DNA of 51,080 nt. It comes from Nemertoderma westbladi. Lineage: Eukaryota; Animalia; Xenacoelomorpha. The position numbers were made by a program, and so were the translations under genes. Positions 24,270 to 33,166 of the stretch are shown here, piece by piece. The notes beneath the pieces are model-generated. The model made no database searches. It was not told the origin of the DNA and saw nothing but the letters and a program-made list of their open reading frames with translations. Numbering within the stretch: position 1 is the first letter of the stretch; each line of letters begins with the position of its first letter. The stretch is from contig JAUCBJ010003254.1 in assembly GCA_032718475.1 (NCBI GenBank), forward strand, positions 1 through 51,080, in the 5' to 3' direction.

Positions 24270-24518
24270 ACTGGATTCCACCGCGTGTAAACGGCCGGTC
24301 TGATGGACATCGGCGCTTCCCGGAATCTCTACATGAATACCAATGGGTTGGAGACCTGCGCCACCTAGCTCCAACTCTCCACCGGCATCCATGTTCGCGG
24401 CATCTATCCCTTTCCGCAGATGTTCGATGCGCATAGGGCAGGTTGCCATGTTGTGTCGCTTTTTGCCACAGCGACCTTGGCAGTAAGAACAAACACATTG
24501 TTGTTTGCGTTTTGGCAT
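24270..24518 (-). CDS. First coding exon (83 aa, NLS-like PKRK plus zinc knuckle 1)
   Basis: TTTTTTATAG|ATAACGTC-ATG (acceptor 8 nt before the ATG, implying an upstream non-coding exon); MPKRKQQCVCSYCQGRCGKKRHNMATCPMR...TGRLHAVESS|GTAAGT. Confidence 0.8.
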
Positions 24519-24835
24519 GACGTTATCTATAAAAAATAATAAATTAAGGAAATAATTTAACAAAATACAACCGATCTAGAGAATAGCAAACGCATTCATG
24601 TCTATTTATGACCCTATATATTTAATTATGTGCAATGAACAGGCAAAGCCAAACAGAAATAAAAATGAAATAACGGTACTGCTACATACAAAACAGAAAA
24701 CACAACCAAAATTACGATTAGGGCTAGCTAAACATTAATTCGAGCATTACAATGACACAAATATATATACCGGTATATATAAATATATACATACCTGTAC
24801 GAATACGAAGAAATAATACGCTACCAGTACCAGTA

Positions 24836-25470
24836 CAGGTGTAGCAGAAAATTATCACCCTCTAAACAGTTCAAAATTCACCCCCCATTTAATATTCACA
24901 AGGTCTAGCTGTCTTTTTCAGTTTTCACCCCCGGTTAGAATTCACTAGGGTATTTAACGGGGGATGAAAATACTCTGGGTGATTTTTTAGTGAAATGTAA
25001 CCCCCCCTCAGCTTATTCCTACCCCATTACAGCATTATATATATTTTAAATGTCAATATAATTTAAATTCGATATAATTCTAACCCTACAGTTAAATGAA
25101 TAGATGACCGCAGTATCCTATAGGGTGCTGTAGTAGACAGACAAACACACGCTGTCGATTTGTATATAGTAAAGTACTGTAGAGGGTGTATGCGTATGGC
25201 ATATGGTGATTAGGGCGTTCATATTTTAAATTGAATTTTTTTTTGATATATTAATAATCCATAAATTAATAGCGGTAGACCTTAGGGAATTTAACTGGGG
25301 ATGGATCTGCTTAATACGAAAATATATAAATGCAGGGTTGAGTTTTCACTTGAGGGGGATTAAATACACTAGAGAAAATACCCCATGGGAATGAGAATAC
25401 ACTACAGCACAAGGGAAGTTTAAAAATGAAATGATTTTACATAGGGAGTGAAAATTCTCTGATACACCGG
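24836..25470. mobile_element. MITE-like element, TA-flanked, imperfect TIRs (Tc1/mariner-like ends), copy 1
   Basis: Left TA|CAGGTGTAGCAGAAAATTATCACCCTCTA; right end reverse-complemented TA|CCGGTGTATCAGAGAATTTTCACTCCCTA; further internal inverted similarity; no coding capacity. Confidence 0.65.
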
Positions 25471-25598
25471 TACGGGTACCGGTACGTAGAACAGTAGAAT
25501 ACCGTACCTATTAATAAATTTGGTATAAAATATAAGTACCGGACCGGTTCGTACCGGTACCTGCTGACCTGTAGCCCTATCGGCAGCCAGTACCAGTA

Positions 25599-26232
25599 CA
25601 GGTGTAGCAGAAAATTATCACCCTCTAAACAGTTCAAAATTCACCCCCCATTTAATATTCACAAGGTCTAGCTGTCTTTTTCAGTTTTCACCCCCGGTTT
25701 GAATTCACTAGGGTATTTAACGGGGGATGAAAATACTCTGGGTGATTTTTTAGTGAAATGTAACCCCCCTCAGCTTATTCCTACCCCATTACAGCATTAT
25801 ATATATTTTAAATGTCAATATAATTTAAATTCGATATAATTCTAACCCTACAGTTAAATGAATAGATGACCGCAGTATCCTATAGGGTGCTGTAGTAGAC
25901 AGACAAACACACGCTGTCGATTTGTATATAGTAAAGTACTGTAGAGGGTGTATGCGTATGGCATATGGTGATTAGGGCGTTCATATTTTAAATTGAATTT
26001 TTTTTTGATATATTAATAATCCATAAATTAATAGCGGTAGACCTTAGGGATTTTAACTGGGGATGGATCTGCTTAATACGAAAATATATAAATGCAGGGT
26101 TGAGTTTTCACTTGAGGGGGATTAAATACACTACAGAAAATACCCCATGGGAATGAGAATACACTACAGCACAAGGGAAGTTTAAAAATGAAATGATTTT
26201 ACATAGGGAGTGAAAATTCTCTGATACACCGG
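25599..26232. mobile_element. MITE-like element, copy 2 (made by the tandem duplication)
   Basis: Same ends as 24836-25470, offset by 763/762 bp. Confidence 0.65.
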
Positions 26233-27944
26233 TACGGGTACCGGTACGTAGAACTGTAGAATACCGTACCTATTAATAAATTTGGTATAAAATATAAGTA
26301 CCGGACCGGTTCGTACCGGTACCTGCTGACCTGTAGCCCTATCGGCAGATCTGTAGGCCTACTCGTAATAATTTGGCCGTTCAGCCGCTAGACCGCTTGC
26401 TAGGGTGCCACAGTGCTAGGTAGGCAGGACTGGCAGGTAACAGTTCAGTTCTAACACAACAAAATAGTAGGCGTAATGTAAAATAGATGGAAGTTATCTT
26501 ATTGCCTATAGGAATGAGTAAAAATAGTACAGTAGTAGGCAAGACAAGACAAGGCAGTGCAACAGTGGTCGGCCTACCTACTTAACCTGTAATGGCAGAA
26601 TGGAGCATGTTACAGTGTTACAAAAGAATAAACAAAAAAAATAACAATCCAGGCACCAGACCAGGCCTATCTGCCTACAGATATAAAAAATAAAAATAAG
26701 AATTGTTTTTCTGCTTTGGCTGCTTCGTGTGAGAGATTACTGTGATTTTATTACCTAGGGATATTTAAACTGAATTGCAGAATTGCACGATACCGGCAGA
26801 CCGTTACATTTTATTACGGCTAGGCCTATTTAAACTGAATTGCAGTATTGCACAATACCGGCAGACCGTTACATGCTCTGCGTCCGTCAGTCCGTATGTG
26901 TAAAACTTTGTAACGGGAAAGTCAGACTAGGCCTGTACGGTACCCCTATCAGCCTATTGAAAAGTTTTAGGCCTACCTGCCTGCCTGTACGCCTTATGTT
27001 TGGCGCAGCATTTCTACTTGCGGCGGGAGCTGGTGCAGATATGTGCTACGCCGGACAAGGTGCCAAAAGGTCCGCTCAGCACAAGCTTTGCATCTACCCG
27101 GCAAAGGATTTTATTCACTTAAAATAACACAGCGTTTGGCGCAGAAAATAAAACCTTTCAACAGGGGAAAACTAGTACAGTAGGCAGTAGGTATGGCCTA
27201 TATCCGTACATCGGCATGTTTTTGCTTTTGCTTACTGTGGTTTCCGGTAGATCAGTAATTGCTTTGCTTAGTACTGTACTAGCCTACCAGTTCTACGTCT
27301 ACACAGACAGAAACACAAGCATTGACCTTTTCACTCAAAAACATATGGCTGTATGTATAATGCAGTAATGTAAGCCTACCAGTACTGCAGTAGGTATCAG
27401 AACAGTCCAGCACGCAAGCAGGTTTATCTGAATCTGCAAGTGCAAACCACCTTGGCTAACATTAAACTTACCTTAGAAGTGTTAAAATTAAAACAGAGCC
27501 AAAAATACGGGGAAAGAATACGCAAATAATTATGTATAATTTGCCAAATATTTGCGAGATAACAAATTCAATAATGAATGAAGTATGGCAACTGAATATT
27601 AAATTATATAGCTGAAGGCTGAAGCTATATCCAATTACAGCCAGCAAGCCAATCACAACCCGCCAACAAAATTGCCAGAGGAATATCACTGTATCCTACA
27701 GTTAGAAATACTCAATGTAACGACCAATGAATAGGCTTCGTGATGCACCCAAGGGAATTATTACCATATATGGTATTATTGGATTGGAAGGTAGGCCGTA
27801 ATAAAAGCCTTAGAGAAACAACTGCCTCACTGCATAGCAGCACATTTACAAACCAATATCAATTACTAATTATCACATGTACACCGTAACCATACCCACG
27901 CTGAATTAACAACTGTCTCCACATCAATATGGTTTACAATTTTC

Positions 27945-27952
27945 TATATAAA
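27945..27952 (+). promoter_or_regulatory. Candidate TATA box of the SGNH ORF
   Basis: TATATAAA about 80 nt before the ATG, retained in the diverged paralogous region (43789-43796). Confidence 0.3.
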
Positions 27953-28026
27953 CGGAACGCTGTATCATATTAAATCATCACTTTACCCATTTCTCTCTAC
28001 TTATTTGCTCTATTCTAGTCGATATT

Positions 28027-28644
28027 ATGCCACTACCGGTCCAAGCTATTTGCACTGTAAATCATGTACATGATATTATAATCGTTGGGTCTTCACACCC
28101 AGACCACCTCTTTCGGTACCTTGGCCACAACAACCGCGGCCACAATCGTAACTTTGGTATCTGTCCCACAGTTGCCAAAGTTACCTTTCAGCTGCGGTCA
28201 GGGAGAATATTTGACACCCATAACGCACAGGAGGTAATGGCCAATTGGGACAATAAACCTTGTTTCATTGTTCTTCTATTTGGAAGCAACGATCTGTGTG
28301 TGAGAGACACAGATTACGTTGTCTCCAAATTAAAGACAATGATTCAGGAATATTCTTCCAATGGTGCTTCCTGTGTGTTATGGACACAAATGTTCCCCCG
28401 GTTAATGCGCCCTAAAGGTGTGTCTGTGGACCCCGATTATGATTCACGTCGTGTCGCCACAAATATGCGGATGGCGGCGTGGTTCAACCACGCCCAGAAC
28501 GGCGTTCTAATTAAAATGCAAGGTGCATTACGCCATCGGGTGCAGGGAGGAACCTTGCTGCACTCCGATGGTATACACCTGAGTGACCTTGGCCATGCCA
28601 AACTCTATAGCATTATCCGCCATGCTCTACTTGCTGTGGTGTAG
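28027..28644 (+). CDS. SGNH/GDSL-family hydrolase (esterase), single coding exon, 205 aa
   Basis: Block I IIVGSSH (GDS-like, nucleophile Ser retained), block II LRSG, block III LLFGSNDL, block V SDGIHL, with normal spacing. Confidence 0.88.
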   Translation: MPLPVQAICTVNHVHDIIIVGSSHPDHLFRYLGHNNRGHNRNFGICPTVAKVTFQLRSGRIFDTHNAQEVMANWDNKPCFIVLLFGSNDLCVRDTDYVVSKLKTMIQEYSSNGASCVLWTQMFPRLMRPKGVSVDPDYDSRRVATNMRMAAWFNHAQNGVLIKMQGALRHRVQGGTLLHSDGIHLSDLGHAKLYSIIRHALLAVV

Positions 28645-28812
28645 CGCCCACAGTAAGTCCTAATTTATGAGTGGCTCTTTTAATTAAGGGTCCCACAATC
28701 ACATAATGTAAATAACAGAAATCAGTGCGTCGGAGTGCGGATGTTGGGGGTGGCGGTGGGGTGGGGTTGGATGGGGTGGGGTGGAAGTGGGAGTGGGGTG
28801 GAGTGGGGTGGA

Positions 28813-30073
28813 AGTTACTTGACTTGATGTGCAACTTACTTGACTTGATGTGCAACTTACTTGACTTGATGTGCAACTTACTTGACTTGATGTGCAACTT
28901 ACTAGACTTGATGTGCAACTTACTCGAATTGATGTGCAACTTACTCGACTTGATGTGCAACTTACTCGACTTGTTGTGCAACTTACTGGACTTGATGTGC
29001 AACTTACTAGACTTGTTGTTCAACTTACTCGACTTGATGTGCAACTTACTCGACTTGATGTGCAACTTACTCGATTTGATGTGCAACTTACTCGACTTGA
29101 TGTGCAACTTACTTGACTTGATGTGCAACTTACTTGACTTGATGTGCAACTTACTTGATATGATGTGCAACTTACTTGACTTGATTTACTTGACTGGATG
29201 TGCAACTTACTTGACTTGATGTGTAACTTACTTGACTTGATGTGCAACTTACTTGACTTGATGTGCAACTTACTTGACTTGATGTGCAACTTACTTGAGT
29301 TGATGTGCAACTTACTTGACTTGATGTGAAACTTACTTGAGTTGATGTGCAACTTACTTGACTTGATGTGCAACTTACTTGACTTGATGTGCAGCTTACT
29401 TGACTTGATGTGCAACTTACTTGACTTGATGTGCAACTTACTTGACTTGATGTGCAACTTACTTGACTTGATGTGTAAGTTACTTGACTTGATGTGCAAC
29501 TTACTTGACTTGATGTGCAACTTACTTGACTTGATGTGCAACTTACTTGACTTGATGTGCAACTTACTCGACTTGATGTGCAACTTACTCGACTTGATGT
29601 GCAACTTACTTGATTTGATGTGCAACTTACTCGACTTGATGTGCAACTTACTCGACTTGATGTGCAACTTACTCGACTTGATGTGCAACTTACTCGACTT
29701 GGTGTGCAACTTACTCGATGTGATGTGCAACTTACTCGACTTGATGTGCAACTTACTGGACTTGATGTGTGCAACTTACTTACTTGACCTGATGTGCAAC
29801 TTACTTGACTTGATTTACTTGACTGGATGTGCAACTTACTTACTTGAGTTGATGTGCAACTTACTTGACTTAATGTGCAACTTACTTGACTTGATATGCA
29901 ACTTACTTGACTTGATGTGCAACTTACTTGACTTGATGTGCAACTTACTTGACTTGATTTACTTGATTGGATGTGCAACTTACTTGACTTGATGTGCAAC
30001 TTACTTGACTTGATGTGCAACTTACTTGACTTGATGTGCAACTTATTTGACTTGATGTGCAACTTACTTGACA
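28813..30073. repeat. 21-bp GATGTGCAAC satellite, array 2
   Basis: Unit TTGATGTGCAACTTACTTGAC with CTCGAC variants; preceded by a GGGGT-rich tract at ~28746-28812. Confidence 0.97.
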
Positions 30074-32478
30074 AGTTGGCGAGTTGGTCCGTTCAGGGTC
30101 TGGAGTCGGTGAGTCTGTTCCTTCGGTGTCTGGAGACGGTGAGTCGGTCGCTTCAGTGTCTGGAGTCGGTGAGTCAGTCCCTTCAGTGTCTGGAGCCGCT
30201 GACTCGGTCCCTTCAGTGTCTGGAGTCGTTGAGTCGGTCCCTTCAGTGTCTGGAGTCGGGGAGTCGGTTCCTTCAGTGACTGGAGTTGGTGACTCGGCTC
30301 CTCAAGTGTCTAGGGTCGGTGAGTCGGTCCCTTCAGTGTCTGGAGCCGCTGACTCGGTCCCTTCGTGTCTGGTGTCGTTGAGTCGGTCCCTTCAGTGTCT
30401 GTAGTCGGGGAGTCGGTTCCTTCAGTGCCTGGGGTTGGTGAGTCGGCTTCTTAAGTGTCTAGGGTTGGTGAGTCAGTCCCTTCAGTTTCTGGAGTCGGTG
30501 AGTCGGTCCCTTCCGTGTCTGGAGCCGTTGACTCGGTCCCTTCAGTGTCTGGAGTCGTTGAGTCGGTCCCTACAGTGTCTGGAGTCGGGGAGTCGGTTCC
30601 TTCAGTGACTGGGGTTGGTGAGTCGGCTCCTAAAGTGTGTGATGTTGGCGAGTCGGTCTGTTCAGGGTCTGGAGTCGGTGAGTTTGTTCCTTCGGTGTCT
30701 GGAGACGGTGAGTCGGTCCCTTCAATGTCTGGAGTCGGTGGGTCAGTACCTTCAGTGTCTGGAGCCGCTGACTCGGTCCCTTCAGTGTCTGGAGTCGTTG
30801 AGTCGGTCCCTTCAGTGTCTGGAGTCGGGGAGTCGGTTCCTTCAGTGACTGGGGTTGGTGAGTCGGCTCCTAAAGTGTCTGTTGTTGGCGATTCGGTCCG
30901 TTCAGGGTCTGGAGTCGGTGAGTTTGTTCCTTCGGTGTCTGGAGACGGTGAGTCGGTCCCTTCAGTGTCTGGAGTCGGTGGGTCAGTACCTTCAGTGTCT
31001 GGAGCCGCTGACTCGGTCCCTTCAGTGTCTGGAGTCGTTGAGTCGGTCCCTTCAGTGTCTGGAGCCGCTGACTCGGTCCCTTCGTGTCTGGAGTCGTTGA
31101 GTCGGTCCCTTCAGTGTCTGTAGTCGGGGAGTCGGTTCCTTCAGTGACTGGGGTTGGTGAGTCGGCTCCTTAAGTGTCTAGGGTTGGTGAGTCAGTCCCT
31201 TCAGTTTCTGGAGTCGGTGAGTGAGTCCCTTCCGTGTCTGGAGCCGCTGACTCGGTCCCTTCAGTGTCTGGAGTCGTTGAGTCGGTCCCTACAGTGTCAG
31301 GAGTCGGTTCCTTCAGTGACTGGGGTTGGTGAGTCGGCTCCTAAAGTGTCTGTTGTTGGCGAGTCGGTCCGTTCAGGGTCTGGAGTCGGTGAGTTTGTTC
31401 CTTCGGTGTCTGGAGACGGTGAGTCGGTCCCTTCAGTGTCTGGAGTCGGTGGGTCAGTACCTTCAGTGTCTGGAGCCGCTGACTCGGTCCCTTCAGTGTC
31501 TGGAGTCGTTGAGTCGGTCCCTTCAGTGTCTGGAGTCGGGGAGTCGGTTCCTTCAGTGACTGGGGTTGGTGAGTGGGCTCCTCAAGTGTCTGTGGTTGGC
31601 GAGTCGGTCCCTTCAGTGTCTGGAGTCGGGGAGTCGGTTCCTTCAGTGACTGGTGTTGGTGAGTTGGCTCCAAGTGTCTAGGGTCGGTGAGTCGGTCCCT
31701 TCAGTGTCTGGAGCCGATGACTCGGTCCCTTCAGTGTCTGGAGTCGTTGAGTCGGTCCCTTCAGTGTCTGGAGTCGGGGAGTCGGTTCCTTCAGTGACTG
31801 GGGTTGGTGAGTCGGCTCCTCAAGTGTCTGTGGTTGGCGAGTCGGTCCATTCAGGGTCTGGAATCGGTGAGACTGTTCCTTCGGTGTCTGGAGACGGTGA
31901 GTCGGTCCCATCAGTGTCTGGAGTCGGTGAGTCAGTACCTTCAGTGTCTGGAGCCGCTGACTCGGTCCCTTCAGTGTCTGGAGTCGATGAGTGGGTCCAT
32001 TCAGTGTCTGGAGTCGGGGAGTCGGTCCCTTCAGTGTCTGGAGTCGGTGAGTCAGTACCTTCAGTGTCTGGAGCCGCTGACTCAGTCCCTTCAGTGTCTG
32101 GAGTCGGTGAGTCGGTCCATTCAGTGTCTGGAGTCGGGGAGTCGGTTCCTTCAGTGACTGGAGTTGGTGAGTCGGCTCCTCAAGTGTCTAGGGTCGGTAA
32201 GTCGGTTCCTTCAGTGTCTGGAGCCGGTGACTCGGTCCCTTCAGTGTCTGGAGTCGGTCCCTTCAGTGTCTGGAGTCGGTGAGTCGGTTCCTTCAGTGGC
32301 TGGGGTTGGTGAGTCGGCTCCTCAAGTTTCTGGGGTTGGTGAGTCGGTCCCTTCAGTGTCTGGAGCCGGTGACTCGGTCCCTTCAGTGTCTGGAGCCGGT
32401 GACTCGATCCCTTCAGTGTCTGGAGTCGGTGAGTCGGTCCCTTCAATGTCTGAGTCGGTGAGTCGGTTCATTCGGTGC
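30074..32478. repeat. 30-bp satellite, block 1
   Basis: Consensus CCTTCAGTGTCTGGAGTCGGTGAGTCGGTC; variant monomers recur with a 240-bp period. Confidence 0.97.
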
Positions 32479-33010
32479 CTGATTTTAGGATTAATCAAAT
32501 ATTGATAGAGATATGATTAGATTTCATTAAAATAAATATCTTAAATCTTTAAATGTAAAATAACAAACACCCACAATGTTTAGAAGCTTTTTTTGGCACT
32601 AAATAAGTACCCATTATACAGGTTGGGACCAAGAAAGTACCCTTTATACAGGACTAATAGTCCGTATAGTTAGACACTCATTGCTGAGTGTGATTGTACA
32701 AACTCAATGATGAGTTTATTGTACATTTTTATACTCCAAGGAGTTTTATCTGTAATATAGCTCTAAGTTATATAGGGTGTTATCCGATATATTTTTTATA
32801 ACAAAACATATAATTATTTAAAATTCATACTCTTATCATACCTTAAGCAATAAATGAATAAATAATTTATTTTTGTGTGTAGTTGTATGTGGGGCTGATC
32901 AAGTCAGTGTAAGTAACTGTATGTTATATGCAGTGTGTGTTTTATTCATTCTGCATTATATTCTCAGTATATGTTCTACTCTATAAGGAAACTAACTAAT
33001 TGTTGTACTA

Positions 33011-33166
33011 TATTCAGTGTGCACTGAATAAATATGGCCTCCATCCGCCCCTATAGCCATACCAATCTCCACCTTTATTATAGTATGATATTCAGTGTGC
33101 ACTGAAAAAATATGGCCTCCATCCGCCCCTTTAGCCATACCAATCTCCACCTTTATTATTCAGTGT
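33011..33166. repeat. 2 x 78-bp tandem duplication with TTCAGTG-TG-CACTGAA hairpin, joined to the satellite
   Basis: TATTCAGTGT starts at 33011, 33089 and 33157; the third instance continues as the 30-bp satellite. Confidence 0.85.

Larger units (their letters stand above)
24824..26348. repeat. Near-identical tandem duplication (763 + 762 bp)
   Basis: 24824-25586 is repeated at 25587-26348 with only a few substitutions and one C-run indel. Confidence 0.95.

Noticed and set aside
26762-26875. Two ~48-bp direct repeats 65 bp apart and ORF 26840..27127
   Set aside because: Ordinary local duplication; the ORF starts at a non-ATG codon and has no recognisable motif.
27466-27475. Minus-strand AG|GTAAGT as donor of a 5' UTR exon of the large gene
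   Set aside because: Plausible but unsupported without transcript data.
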